Shown: positions 1 through 10,338, counted from the stretch's first letter. The stretch: 60,328 bases of DNA from an uncultured virus (IMG/VR IMGVR_UViG_3300022555_000019) (IMGVR_UViG_3300022555_000019), one strand, 5' to 3'. Program-made: numbers and translations. Notes: generated from the sequence alone by a model not told the origin.

Positions 1-133
1 AAAACCCAAAATTTGTCATAACAATAACCATAGCCTCCCGAATTTTCTTCAAAGCACTTTGATCGACAGCACCATTTACAGTCCATTCATTCAAATGATA
101 GTAATTACTATAGTCTTCAAATTTAATTAGCAT
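1..133 (-). CDS. N-terminal part (runs off window) of DUF2201-N metallopeptidase-like protein, paralog of 2654..3613
   Basis: Manual translation MLIKFEDYSNYYHLNEW...ALKKIREAMVIVMTNFGF aligns with MKKYLEYSNWIKINEW...ALRKIREAMATILTNFGF. Confidence 0.8.
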   Translation of the reverse strand, partial: MLIKFEDYSNYYHLNEWTVNGAVDQSALKKIREAMVIVMTNFGF

Positions 134-139
134 GATTAT

Positions 140-1696
140 TTACTTTTTTTTGCCTTTAGGTTTATCTTTATCTGGGGGTGTATTATCCCCTTCACCCTCA
201 ACTTTGTCAATGAATTCTTTACCATATTTGTCTTCGTGCCATAAGTTAAGATAATCTTGATATATATCCCTGTAAGGTTCATCTGTCTTAATATAAGGAT
301 GTACTTTCTTAAAGAACGATATCAATAATGTAGTATTTTCGAAGTTATCCAATGTCATAGCCCAGTCAATAACATTTTTCATTTCTTGAAGTGTAACTTT
401 TTTATTTCTCTTGAAGAATGCAATTGAGAAGATAGCAGCGGATTGTTCATGAACATTAAGACCCTTTAATGTAGCTTTAGCTTTAGCTCCATTTTCATAT
501 ACATCTTGAACCTGTGCATAGTTAAACTTATCCTTCAAATCAAGGTATGCAGCAAATTGACCAGCAGCTTGTGGGCCAACATAATCAGTGAAGATATCAA
601 CAATTTTCTGTCTTGGAAGTTTACCACCAGCTTCTTCTTTTCTTAAAACATAGTCATTATTAGCTTTTACCCATGTACGTGGGCTGGGCCAGTTTTCTTG
701 TTCATCATCAGGGTCCATCTTATGTAACCATTCTTCGGAAAATTTAATGAATCCAATTAAATCACCATCAATATCAGGATTATTTGAAGCCCATTTTATC
801 CAGTGTGGGGCATCAGTTATCATATTCATATGTTTAAAACGGTTACTCATTCTAAACCCCATATCTGTAACATCAGCATCTTCCTTCCTATTACCAGCAG
901 CAATTATTATCCACTTGGAAGGAAGCTGATAACTTGCAGTAGGAATTGTACCGTCAAGGGCTAAGTTTAATGACGCATCAAGAACTTTTGGAGTAGCATT
1001 ATTCATTTCATCTAAGAACATTATTCCGCCATTAAGACCTAAAGATTCACAATTATCCCAAGGCATAATTATTGGAACGTTATATGAAGTTCTTCTAACA
1101 TCTTTACCTCTTGAATCAGTCGCAACTGTGACTATTTCTGGAATTCCAATAAAATCTTCAGGTGAGCAGTTTGCTAAATTTACTTCAATCATAAAAAGCC
1201 CCAGTTCTTCACAAACGGCACGAACACTTTCACTTTTACCAATACCAGGAGCCCCCCAAACAAAAAGATTTGGGTGAGATTTTGGGTTTTTAAGCTTCAT
1301 TCTAAAAAGAAATTTAATTTCATCCTGAACTTCTTCTGGAAATACATCACGAACACGCCTTGCATGCTGTAAATTATGTGCTTCAAGTGCAAGGTCTTGT
1401 TCCGATTGAATGCTTCCAGCACTTTTAAAATCATCATCTGTGTCATCTTCAATGCTCATTTTATTAATTTCAGACTCGGACGGAATATTTATTTTTTTAT
1501 TGTTTGGCATATATATTTTAACTTTACCTTTATACTGCCCCTTCTTAACTAAGAATTGTAATAATGGAAGCCACCAAGAGCTACCAGAAAACTTACGTTT
1601 AAAATATGCTAATACCTGATCAAAAGCATTTGTAAGCCAATTCTCATTAAGTCTATATTCATCTGAGAACATATCAAATTTCTTCAACTTTTCCAT
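140..1696 (-). CDS. MoxR-like AAA+ ATPase
   Basis: Walker A GAPGIGKS, Walker B MFLDE, AAGN sensor, NRF arginine finger, WPSPRTW motif; adjacent to VWA gene. Confidence 0.9.
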   Translation of the reverse strand: MEKLKKFDMFSDEYRLNENWLTNAFDQVLAYFKRKFSGSSWWLPLLQFLVKKGQYKGKVKIYMPNNKKINIPSESEINKMSIEDDTDDDFKSAGSIQSEQDLALEAHNLQHARRVRDVFPEEVQDEIKFLFRMKLKNPKSHPNLFVWGAPGIGKSESVRAVCEELGLFMIEVNLANCSPEDFIGIPEIVTVATDSRGKDVRRTSYNVPIIMPWDNCESLGLNGGIMFLDEMNNATPKVLDASLNLALDGTIPTASYQLPSKWIIIAAGNRKEDADVTDMGFRMSNRFKHMNMITDAPHWIKWASNNPDIDGDLIGFIKFSEEWLHKMDPDDEQENWPSPRTWVKANNDYVLRKEEAGGKLPRQKIVDIFTDYVGPQAAGQFAAYLDLKDKFNYAQVQDVYENGAKAKATLKGLNVHEQSAAIFSIAFFKRNKKVTLQEMKNVIDWAMTLDNFENTTLLISFFKKVHPYIKTDEPYRDIYQDYLNLWHEDKYGKEFIDKVEGEGDNTPPDKDKPKGKKK

Positions 1697-1717
1697 ATGG
1701 TGAGTAATTTTTTATTT

Positions 1718-1726
1718 TATATATTA
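1718..1726 (-). promoter_or_regulatory. Putative phage late promoter TAATATATA (representative copy)
   Basis: Same 9-mer shortly upstream of starts at 5385, 6273, 18588, 41045, 56268, 58800 (minus) and 18632, 19539, 25150, 41065, 58830 (plus); analogous to the single-box T4 late promoter TATAAATA. Confidence 0.65.
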
Positions 1727-1752
1727 TTTTTAAAAATCAATTTTTAAATAAA

Positions 1753-1781
1753 AAAAAGGTGAAACAAAATCTCACCTTTTT
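1753..1781. terminator. Intrinsic terminator
   Basis: AAAAAGGTGA...TCACCTTTTT inverted repeat after 1800..2639. Confidence 0.7.
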
Positions 1782-1799
1782 ATTATTCTATCCCGATCA

Positions 1800-2639
1800 T
1801 CATTTAATTGTATCAACAAAAATCTTTTTGCCGAATTTTATGAATCCCGCATTATCTTTACCTTTAATAACCCAGAACACTCTATCCCTATATCCAGACA
1901 CCATTGTTGGGGTTGGCACTGGGGACACATCACCATCAGTAAAATAAATAATAAATGCAGGAGATGAACCCCTCGGAAATTGTATTTTTCTACTTGATAA
2001 TGGGCAATTACTACTATACGGTATATTTTTATCACCATTAATCCATTTAAATGGTGGGATAAAACTGGTTCCACCATATCCTTTAGGTCTTAATTTACTA
2101 ATATCTAATGGGTTATCCTTACCAACTGATACTTGTTGAATATTTGTAATGGCATCATCGCACCAAACAATATAGCAATCATTAATATCATATTCTTTAA
2201 ATAATTCCATTAATTCTGATGCAAACGTATTTAATTCTGCCTCACCAATTGAGCCTGATGTGTCAATAGCAACAACAACATCTTCGAAACCACCACTACC
2301 AATATCTTTCAAAGTATTCATATGCATTCCAGAATGAGTAAATCTTCTGTCAGAATATGCATAATCAGATTCATTAAAAATAGAAGAAACAAAATTTCTA
2401 AGCTCATTCCGCCAATTCACTTTTGGTTTTACAAGTCCACGAATAAATCTATCAAATCCAAGTGTACCTTCACCTGATGTATTAGACCTTCCAGCTTTTT
2501 TTCTTAAATCATCCCATTTTTTGGCAAGTTCTTTTGGATCAATCTTTGTCGGTTGCTTTGGCCCACCTCCAGAACTGTCTCTATTATCGTGGTTTCTACC
2601 ACACTTTGGGCAAACATAACCATCATTTTCATTAATCAT
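1800..2639 (-). CDS. VWA domain protein (DUF2201 C-terminal type)
   Basis: MIDAS DTSGS, GGGT-like YGGTSF, FTDG motifs; VNWRNEL motif. Confidence 0.85.
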   Translation of the reverse strand: MINENDGYVCPKCGRNHDNRDSSGGGPKQPTKIDPKELAKKWDDLRKKAGRSNTSGEGTLGFDRFIRGLVKPKVNWRNELRNFVSSIFNESDYAYSDRRFTHSGMHMNTLKDIGSGGFEDVVVAIDTSGSIGEAELNTFASELMELFKEYDINDCYIVWCDDAITNIQQVSVGKDNPLDISKLRPKGYGGTSFIPPFKWINGDKNIPYSSNCPLSSRKIQFPRGSSPAFIIYFTDGDVSPVPTPTMVSGYRDRVFWVIKGKDNAGFIKFGKKIFVDTIK

Positions 2640-2653
2640 ATTATCTTATATTT

Positions 2654-3613
2654 TTACATAGTTAAGCCACCACCTCCACCGTAAATAGGGGCTCCTTTAT
2701 CATCAACAGTACCACCGCAGTCTGAACAAGAATTCCCGTCTTCGGTTCCATCAGCGGAATCAATAAAAGATGATGTTCCGCCCTTCAATTCTCCAGGGCT
2801 TTTTACGTCATTTGGTGTAAGAGCACCATCTTGATCCATTCCAGCACCTTTCAAAATTCTATCTACAAGTTCATCAATATCACTTTGAGTAAATCCACCA
2901 GCACCTTTACCTTGACCTTGACCTTGACCTTTACCTTGACCTTTACCTTGTCCTTGTCCTTGACCTTGTCCTTGTCCTTGTCCTTGTCCTTGTCCTTGTC
3001 CTTGTCCTTGTCCTTGTCCTTGTCCTTGTCCTTGTCCTTGTCCTTGTCCTTGTCCTTGTCCTTGTCCTTGTCCTTGTCCTTGTCCTTGTCCTTGACCGCC
3101 ATCACCATTACCTTTTTTATATTGGCGACCCTCTTCAAGAAGTTCTTCGTATATCTGTTCAGTACTCATATCCTCATATTTCATATCCAATAAAATTTTT
3201 ACTGGCACTTGAACGACTTTAGTATTCATACCATTAAGCTTAGCATTAATAAAATAATCCCCAGCAATATTCCAAAGTACTGGATGCCTTGAAAATTGCC
3301 TATCAAAATGTAACACCGCATTGTGCATAATCTCATGAATCAATACAAATGTAACTTGCTGAACAGTTAATTTTTTAACAAAATGGGGACTATAATAAAT
3401 ACTTACACCGTCCGTTGCCATTGTGGTAATTTTTGGATCATCAGATTCTACAATTTTTAATGCATATAATAACGTTGTAAAAAACCCGAAGTTTGTTAAA
3501 ATTGTAGCCATAGCTTCCCGAATCTTCCTTAATGCTGCTTTTTCAGCATGAGGATTCGCTTCCCACCACTCATTTATTTTAATCCAATTACTATACTCCA
3601 AATATTTTTTCAT
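2654..3613 (-). CDS. DUF2201 N-terminal putative metallopeptidase with Gly-Gln repeat
   Basis: TMATDG, HEIMH (HExxH), WNIAGDYFIN motifs. Confidence 0.85.
   Translation of the reverse strand: MKKYLEYSNWIKINEWWEANPHAEKAALRKIREAMATILTNFGFFTTLLYALKIVESDDPKITTMATDGVSIYYSPHFVKKLTVQQVTFVLIHEIMHNAVLHFDRQFSRHPVLWNIAGDYFINAKLNGMNTKVVQVPVKILLDMKYEDMSTEQIYEELLEEGRQYKKGNGDGGQGQGQGQGQGQGQGQGQGQGQGQGQGQGQGQGQGQGQGQGQGQGQGQGQGKGQGKGQGQGQGKGAGGFTQSDIDELVDRILKGAGMDQDGALTPNDVKSPGELKGGTSSFIDSADGTEDGNSCSDCGGTVDDKGAPIYGGGGGLTM
2904..3095 (-). repeat. Hexamer tandem repeat (CAAGGA)n, about 32 units, encoding (GQ)n
   Basis: Directly visible (ccttgt)n on the plus strand. Confidence 0.95.
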
Positions 3614-3624
3614 CCAAATCTATT

Positions 3625-5361
3625 TTATTTTCCTTCCCCAATCTCTTCGAAAAATTCGGGATTATATTTTTTTTCATGCCACAAGTTAAGATAATCTTGA
3701 TATACATCTCTGTAAGGCTCCTCCGTCTTAACATAAGGATGAACTCTTCTAAAATATTTTATAAGCATAGTTGTCTCATCAAAATTCTTTAATGTCATAG
3801 ACCAATCTAAAACATTCTCCATTTCTTTAAGTGTAACCTTTTTTCCCTTTTTAAAAAATGCGATTGAAAAAAGTGCTGCAAATTCTTCGTCAATTTTAAG
3901 CCCCTTGACAGAAGCTTTAGCTTTACTACCATTTTCATATACATCAATTACAGATTCCGTATTAAATTTATCTTTCAACAATAGAAAACTATAAAATGCG
4001 GATGCTGCTGCTGAGCCTACAAAAGCTTGAATAGTGTGTGTGATTTGTTTTTGAGATAATCTGCCACCTTTGTACCGTTTTAGAGTTATATAATAATCAC
4101 TTGCTTTTGACCAACTTCTTGGGCTGGGCCAATTTTCCCCAGTTGTATCAGGATCAAGCTTATAAAACCACTCTTCATAGGCATGTAAAAATGCAATTAT
4201 ATCGCCATCAACATTATTCTTTGCTGCCCACGCCCCCCAAGATTTAACATCAGATGTCATATTAATATGCATAAACCTATTATTCATTCTACTTTCCATG
4301 TCTTGCATCTTTTTAACATCAGATACTCTATTACCAGCAGCAACAACAATCCACTTTGAAGGTAATTTATATTTTGCGTTTGGAATTCTACCCTCAAGTG
4401 CTAAAGGTAATGCAGCCCTCATAATTGCTTCCCTACCATTATTCATTTCATCTAAAAAGAAAATTCCACCTTTACGATTTTTGCCATTCGTGTATGGCAT
4501 AAGTATAGGAAGCTTATATATACTTCTTTGAACAGGAACGCCTTCATCATCTACTAATTTATTGCCTGTTGATTTTTCATAGTCATCAGGAAATCCAGTT
4601 AAATCTTCTGGTATACAAGTTGCTAAATTTAACTCTTCCATATCTAACTTCAAATCCCTACACACCGCTTGAACAACAGTACTTTTTCCAATTCCAGGGG
4701 CACCCCAAATAAACACATTTGGGTTGCTATTTGGGTCTTCGACCTTCATCATATATAGAATATTTATTGTTTCTTCAACCTCTTCTGGAGTTGAATTTGG
4801 AACATCTGTTGGGTGTACAAACTCAACCGATTCCTCATTAATAGTAAAAAATTTATTAAACACTTTTCTATTAATAAATTTCTCATTAACTCCAAAATAA
4901 TCATGTATTAATCTTTCCAACTCTGATTGTACTGGTTGTGCTTGCCTCATACCCATTCCCATTTGACGCTGGCCCTGTGCTTGAGCACCAGATTGCCCCT
5001 GTACTTGAATTTTATCTGGAGCATCGTTTACTTCTTCTTCAGGCTCTTCAAGTTCTTCGGGTTCCTCTACTGAAACTGGAACATCTTTCGAATATTCATT
5101 ATCCTTATTTACAGCCATTTGAATTTCATTATCTAAAGGTATTCCAAGACCACTTGAACCAAATGGATAAAATTTTACTTTATCTTTACCATTTTTCTTA
5201 TATACACCTTTTCTTATTAAAAACATTAATAATGGAATCCACCATGATTCTTTAAATTTTTTAACAAAAAATGAAATAATTCTATTTACCCCCCCTGTTA
5301 AAAAGTTTTCATTCAATCTATATTCTTCAGAGAATGCACCATAATTTTTAAGTCTGCTCAT
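3625..5361 (-). CDS. MoxR-like AAA+ ATPase, paralog of 140..1696
   Basis: GAPGIGKS, FFLDE, WPSPRSW; C-terminus nearly identical to 140..1696. Confidence 0.9.
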   Translation of the reverse strand: MSRLKNYGAFSEEYRLNENFLTGGVNRIISFFVKKFKESWWIPLLMFLIRKGVYKKNGKDKVKFYPFGSSGLGIPLDNEIQMAVNKDNEYSKDVPVSVEEPEELEEPEEEVNDAPDKIQVQGQSGAQAQGQRQMGMGMRQAQPVQSELERLIHDYFGVNEKFINRKVFNKFFTINEESVEFVHPTDVPNSTPEEVEETINILYMMKVEDPNSNPNVFIWGAPGIGKSTVVQAVCRDLKLDMEELNLATCIPEDLTGFPDDYEKSTGNKLVDDEGVPVQRSIYKLPILMPYTNGKNRKGGIFFLDEMNNGREAIMRAALPLALEGRIPNAKYKLPSKWIVVAAGNRVSDVKKMQDMESRMNNRFMHINMTSDVKSWGAWAAKNNVDGDIIAFLHAYEEWFYKLDPDTTGENWPSPRSWSKASDYYITLKRYKGGRLSQKQITHTIQAFVGSAAASAFYSFLLLKDKFNTESVIDVYENGSKAKASVKGLKIDEEFAALFSIAFFKKGKKVTLKEMENVLDWSMTLKNFDETTMLIKYFRRVHPYVKTEEPYRDVYQDYLNLWHEKKYNPEFFEEIGEGK

Positions 5362-5413
5362 AGTAATAATTATTTTTATTAAAATATATATTATTTTTAA
5401 AAATCAATTTTTT

Positions 5414-6259
5414 TCATTCAACTATATCTGAATCTTGATTCTTATCACGTTCTTCTTCTTTTTCTTTAAATAATTCTTGCTTACTTTTCTTTTCAATTAA
5501 ATTATTATACCAATTAACACGCTTAAGTCCCTTACAATTTTCATTTCCTTCAATGGTAGGTCTTGGTATTCCAAGAAAATTCCAATCGATTTGATCGTCA
5601 TTATCACAAACTTCACAATCCTCACTATCAGTATTGAAAATTGGAAAATATGTTTGTACCTCCAGCGAAAATTTAATTGTAGGTGTTACTGGGTCAGATG
5701 TTAAATTATGCTCTCTCGGTATTTCAATACCCGAATCTGGCGGAAGCTTAAAAAAAGAATCTATTTTAATCCCAAAATAATCAAAACTATAAAAACGATA
5801 ATTCCACATAGTACTTAATATCTTAGCCCAGCATGTTTCTGCTTCCCATTCATTATCCAACCTAATTTCTATATCATAATTTAAACTTACTGGAACAGCT
5901 TTAGCTCTTGATACAAGAGTTCTAAGTTTATTGTTTATTTTGAATGTTTTTGATAAAAATTGATTTGGATTGGCAAATTCATCATCCCTTGTTGTCCCAC
6001 CCTTAAAAGCAACCATACCTCTTTGCTTCTGATCTGTATTAAGTTCAACTCTTTTATCTGGGATATCATCAACAAAAGCATCAAGTAAAAATCGTTCTTG
6101 CCCGCCCATTGCTGCATAGAATGGCAATATAACTCGTATTTTTTTATCCTGAAACTTATTAATCCATCTTATTTTAGTACCAAAAACCTTAATTAATCCA
6201 ATAGTCACCATTCTTACAAAATTGTCATCATAATGATATTCGTGTCCTATGTTTGCCAT
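5414..6259 (-). CDS. T4 gp15-like tail terminator/completion protein
   Basis: N-terminal Y..F.R.....F...I and VPVSLNYDIEI pattern recalled from the gp15 family; TAATATATA upstream. Confidence 0.55.
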   Translation of the reverse strand: MANIGHEYHYDDNFVRMVTIGLIKVFGTKIRWINKFQDKKIRVILPFYAAMGGQERFLLDAFVDDIPDKRVELNTDQKQRGMVAFKGGTTRDDEFANPNQFLSKTFKINNKLRTLVSRAKAVPVSLNYDIEIRLDNEWEAETCWAKILSTMWNYRFYSFDYFGIKIDSFFKLPPDSGIEIPREHNLTSDPVTPTIKFSLEVQTYFPIFNTDSEDCEVCDNDDQIDWNFLGIPRPTIEGNENCKGLKRVNWYNNLIEKKSKQELFKEKEEERDKNQDSDIVE

Positions 6260-6290
6260 AATTTTTTTCCTTTATATATTAAAAAAGTTA

Positions 6291-6298
6291 TACCTTTG
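6291..6298 (+). promoter_or_regulatory. Bacteroidota sigma70-type -7 box TAnnTTTG (representative copy)
   Basis: TACCTTTG here; minus-strand copies at 16258, 27696, 28590, 31353, 32832, 33002, 35967, 40376, 46441, 46533, 48270, each upstream of a gene or RNA. Confidence 0.7.
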
Positions 6299-6302
6299 AG
6301 TT

Positions 6303-6659
6303 ATGGATAATAAACCTCGTGGATTTACAAGAAAAAATGGCAGATATTGCCACGAAACAGATTTGATTCTTAATCTAAGAAAGACTGAAACAATTATTGT
6401 TGAATTTAATGTATGTTATCAATATTTAGATGATAAAACATTAACGACTGTAAATAATGATTTGCTAAAAATATTTTTAGATAGAAAAATAGGAGTAAAT
6501 AATTATTCTTATGAAATAGATTATTTCAAACGTGATAGCGGATTATTTCCATTTATTGCTCGAATTTGGATAATGGAAGAAGATATGTATAACATAGTCT
6601 TATTAAAAAACAAACGTCTTAAAAAGTTATCTAAACTTCGTAGTAAATGGCAGCTATAA
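6303..6659 (+). CDS. Hypothetical protein with C-terminal RxxKLxxL motif
   Basis: ORF ending RLKKLSKL. Confidence 0.7.
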   Translation: MDNKPRGFTRKNGRYCHETDLILNLRKTETIIVEFNVCYQYLDDKTLTTVNNDLLKIFLDRKIGVNNYSYEIDYFKRDSGLFPFIARIWIMEEDMYNIVLLKNKRLKKLSKLRSKWQL

Positions 6660-7618
6660 TAGCCATGACAATACGAGATCACATGTGGTGGTATAAGTAC
6701 CAACCAAGAAATTTAAACAACATAATTCTACTTCCAAGAATCAGATCATTGGTTAAGGATGGAATTAAGATGAATATGGTATTTTATAGTGATACCGCTG
6801 GTACAGGCAAATCTACCTTAGCCAGAATCCTATGTAATGACACTGACGGTATTGAATTTAATGCATCTGAAGATACAAGTGTTAATATTCTTAGAAATCA
6901 ATTGGGCCGACACTGCAAAACTGCAAACCCATTTGCTAAAACATCCCAAAAAACTATTTTCTTAGACGAATTTGATGGTGTTTCTGACGAATATAAGAAA
7001 GCCATGAAAGGATTTAGTGATAAATATGAATATGTTAGATTTATCCTGACAACTAATCATATTGAGGATATTGGTGATAAAATTCTATCAAGATTTACTA
7101 AAATTGATTTCACACCAAACGGTAAAGAAGAAATTGATTATCTTCATGAGTGGTATTTGAAATATTTAAAAGTTATTGCATCTAAAAATGATATGTCAAT
7201 AACGGACGATGAACTTATGAAAATAATTTTGATAAGTTTTCCCGATCTTAGAAGTGCAACTGTCGTATTACAAACATTATTTCATTCAAACAATAAAAGT
7301 ATTATTGAAGCAATATCAACATCGGGTGTTGATGATATTTTCATGTTTTTAATGGATGGAAAAAATAATATTGTGGATAATTACAATTTTGTAATGAATA
7401 ATTTTCAAGATAAACCATTAGAATTAATGAAAACCCTTGGTAGACCATTATTTAAGAGAATAATGTCAATGGATCATGTTGGATTAATAAAGAAAGGTGC
7501 AACGATTGTTAATTTACAAAAATTGTACAATGAAAGATATAATGAAACAATCGATCCTCTGATACATTTGGTTTCTTATGTTTCAGATATAAAAGAAGTA
7601 TTAATGAGTGCAAAATAA
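6647..7618 (+). CDS. Sliding-clamp loader ATPase subunit (T4 gp44/RFC-like)
   Basis: KYQPRNL, GTGKST, FLDEFD, ILSRF, FPDLR motifs; real start may be 6667. Confidence 0.9.
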   Translation: MAAIIAMTIRDHMWWYKYQPRNLNNIILLPRIRSLVKDGIKMNMVFYSDTAGTGKSTLARILCNDTDGIEFNASEDTSVNILRNQLGRHCKTANPFAKTSQKTIFLDEFDGVSDEYKKAMKGFSDKYEYVRFILTTNHIEDIGDKILSRFTKIDFTPNGKEEIDYLHEWYLKYLKVIASKNDMSITDDELMKIILISFPDLRSATVVLQTLFHSNNKSIIEAISTSGVDDIFMFLMDGKNNIVDNYNFVMNNFQDKPLELMKTLGRPLFKRIMSMDHVGLIKKGATIVNLQKLYNERYNETIDPLIHLVSYVSDIKEVLMSAK

Positions 7619-8024
7619 AAAAAATATCGTCTCCAGTTGGGCCAAACTTGGGCTATTACCAAATATAAGCGGAGCATCATTCTTGAATACAATGGCTTCG
7701 TCAATGAGTGGATTGTCATCGAATTTGATGCCAATATCAATACAAGTTGCTTCGAGTACTATTGGGTTAGACCTTGTAGCTGTAAAACCTATGCAATCCC
7801 CAGACGCACCTTGGCGAAAATCTGATAAACAACAGCTTAAAGAGGATAGAATGAATAAAATAAGAAAGCTTGAAGGTAAGGAGCCAAATATAGTTTTACC
7901 TAATGATGCTGGTGGTGGGAACTTATTATTTTTAGATTATGTTTATGGTGGAAACAGCGGAAGCACACAAAAAAAATATATACCTAAACCCAAAAGGTCA
8001 AAAAATAATAAAAAATCAAAATGA
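7608..8024 (+). CDS. Small protein resembling an N-terminal fragment of gp23-type major capsid protein
   Basis: LMPISIQVASSTIGLDLVAVKPMQSP...LLFLDYVYG recalls gp23 LIAFDICGVQPMNSP...RAVYG. Confidence 0.5.
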   Translation: MQNKKNIVSSWAKLGLLPNISGASFLNTMASSMSGLSSNLMPISIQVASSTIGLDLVAVKPMQSPDAPWRKSDKQQLKEDRMNKIRKLEGKEPNIVLPNDAGGGNLLFLDYVYGGNSGSTQKKYIPKPKRSKNNKKSK

Positions 8025-8302
8025 ACGAAATTAAAAACTTAAAAGAACAGCAAATTAATAACTTTATTTATCAAATGGATTTGCAAAATGCAACAGCAAG
8101 TCAAATAAAAAATGGATTGAGGCAAATCCTTGGTGAAGAACCCGCTGTTAAATTTTTATATGCAAGTGAAAAAAAATTAAATGAAAAAACTGGCGCAGTC
8201 GAAAGAACACCACAAACATTGGAATCGGTAGAAATTTTCTACACATTTATTGGTGATGATAATACATACCAAGCTGGAACCTGTCGATACATTGTTAATT
8301 AA
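8021..8302 (+). CDS. Hypothetical protein
   Basis: ORF coupled by ATGA overlap. Confidence 0.7.
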   Translation: MNEIKNLKEQQINNFIYQMDLQNATASQIKNGLRQILGEEPAVKFLYASEKKLNEKTGAVERTPQTLESVEIFYTFIGDDNTYQAGTCRYIVN

Positions 8303-8317
8303 AAATAATAACTATGA

Positions 8318-9286
8318 ATGAATATTAATATGATCCTGGATGGAAATTATATGCTCTATCGTTCTGTATTTCTGTTACATAGACTAAAAACATTGTATGT
8401 TGATCTTGAAACATTAATGCTAAATGACTACAACAATCTTACAAATGACTATCATTATGATATGATATATTTTGTATCTGATAGTAAAAAAAGCTGGAGA
8501 AAGATGATAAATCCAGAATATAAACTCGGAAGAAAAAAAGATGCTGATATTGATTGGAATTTTGTTTTCGACACATTTGATAAAGTTAAAGATGTAATTA
8601 AAAATAGACATAATTGTTTATTATATCAGATTGATCCATTTGAAGGTGATGATATTATTGCCCATATAGTAAATGAATCAAATAAACAAGGATATTCAAA
8701 CTTTATTGTATCAAATGACGGTGACATTCATCAGCTACTTAAATTCTCAGTGGCTGATAACTATATTAACATGATGTACAACCACAAATTCTCAGACGAG
8801 AAGATTTATGTGCCGAAAAATTATCAAATATTCATGCATCATCTTGAAAGCTTAGAAGTTGATCTGTTTGACCTGACTGATGATAACGATTTTGTTAATT
8901 TCTTTGAAAAAGTTAAACAAAAAAGTAAAGTTGTAGCTGTTGATGGTGAAGAATCATTTTTTAAGAAAATTGTTGGTGGTGACGGTGGAGATAATATTTT
9001 GAGTGTAGTTAAATTCACAAAAGAAATTCGTGGTATAGGTGATGTTGGTGCCGACTCTGTATGGAAAATGTATAAAGAAAAATTTCCACAGGAAATTGAT
9101 TTTGATTCGAATAATTTTATTGAAAGATTGTGTGACATCTTAAGTATTTATAGAAAAAACAAAGAACTTGATTTTAGAAAAAAAGTTGCGGAAAACATCA
9201 GAAAATCAAGAATAATGACAAGATTGGATAACAGATATCTCCCAGATGGGTTATATAAACAACTACTCGAAAATGTAAAAGTTTAA
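8318..9286 (+). CDS. T4 RNase H / 5'-3' flap exonuclease family
   Basis: LDGN, EGDD, SNDGD, GDGGDNI and GIG helix-hairpin motifs. Confidence 0.88.
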   Translation: MNINMILDGNYMLYRSVFLLHRLKTLYVDLETLMLNDYNNLTNDYHYDMIYFVSDSKKSWRKMINPEYKLGRKKDADIDWNFVFDTFDKVKDVIKNRHNCLLYQIDPFEGDDIIAHIVNESNKQGYSNFIVSNDGDIHQLLKFSVADNYINMMYNHKFSDEKIYVPKNYQIFMHHLESLEVDLFDLTDDNDFVNFFEKVKQKSKVVAVDGEESFFKKIVGGDGGDNILSVVKFTKEIRGIGDVGADSVWKMYKEKFPQEIDFDSNNFIERLCDILSIYRKNKELDFRKKVAENIRKSRIMTRLDNRYLPDGLYKQLLENVKV

Positions 9287-9287
9287 T

Positions 9288-10037
9288 ATGGAAACTGTAA
9301 ATATTAAAAATATAAATTCTGATTTATATTCAATTAAATTATCTGAACAAAGGAACACAAGTATATTATATGTCGATTTTCATTATGATATTTCATCAAA
9401 ATCAAAATCAATTTATAATAGGGTTACTGGAGTTATGCCGCAACCAGCCGTAATTGGACCAGATGTTTTTACAATGACCGTAACCTTAAATGAAGTTCAA
9501 CTTGATTTAGAAAACTCTATATTGAATAAATTCAAAAAAGATTTTGATGATAAATTTGCATTAATGGCACTTGAATTAGGTAAAAAACATCGATTTGAAC
9601 TATCATTAATTGAGGAAAGAAAGAAAAAACTTCAAGAAATAATGGGAATCACAACTAAGAATGATTTTGATATTGTTAGTATGGATAAAGCTGTTTTAAA
9701 AATTTTCCAAGTACAAAACTTAATTGCTGTTGATGGTCGTATTGGGCAGGGTGAATATATATTAATGAATGAAAACACATACAATAAATATATTAAACGT
9801 CTACAAGAACCAGTTAATATTAAATTCATAATTAATGATAATATACCAGATAAAGCTTTTGTTATGGGTAGGAAAACAACTCAAGAACAACCTGGGATTT
9901 TAGGGATAGTACTCACTGATAAACTTGGAAATATTGAGTATACTATCACAGATGATAAATTTAAAATTAATGCAAGCCTTGTTTCTATCGGATTTCACCC
10001 CCAAAGGCAATTTTACACATTTTTTATTAAGTGTTAA
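9288..10037 (+). CDS. Degenerate, shortened gp23-like capsid-fold protein
   Basis: NLIAVDGRIGQGEY, VMGRK...PG, LVSIGFHPQ recall the gp23-family C-terminal half. Confidence 0.45.
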   Translation: METVNIKNINSDLYSIKLSEQRNTSILYVDFHYDISSKSKSIYNRVTGVMPQPAVIGPDVFTMTVTLNEVQLDLENSILNKFKKDFDDKFALMALELGKKHRFELSLIEERKKKLQEIMGITTKNDFDIVSMDKAVLKIFQVQNLIAVDGRIGQGEYILMNENTYNKYIKRLQEPVNIKFIINDNIPDKAFVMGRKTTQEQPGILGIVLTDKLGNIEYTITDDKFKINASLVSIGFHPQRQFYTFFIKC

Positions 10038-10338
10038 GATTATAAACTTTTATTCGCTTTGTACCATTAACAAAGAACTTTTTCCAAACCTTTCTGGTTT
10101 TATTTTCTTCATTATCATCAAATGAACACCATCCACTTTTTTTTGTACCATTAAGGTTTAATTTTGCATATCCTTTAGCCTTTATTTCAACCCTGCCATT
10201 GTCAGCATTAACTATACTGAAGTCAGTCACCAGCACAGAAGGATTACCTTTTACATCCTCAATTAAAACTTTATAATCAACAGTGATCATTTTAGTTTTA
10301 CTTTCTTCAGATTCAATAAACATTTTATAATTTTTCAT
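10027..10338 (-). CDS. Hypothetical protein with CTS-like N-terminus
   Basis: Starts MKNYKMFIESE. Confidence 0.75.
   Translation of the reverse strand: MKNYKMFIESEESKTKMITVDYKVLIEDVKGNPSVLVTDFSIVNADNGRVEIKAKGYAKLNLNGTKKSGWCSFDDNEENKTRKVWKKFFVNGTKRIKVYNLNT

Noticed and set aside
2831..3193. (SL)n and (DK)n ORFs
   Set aside because: Alternative frames of the GQ hexamer repeat.
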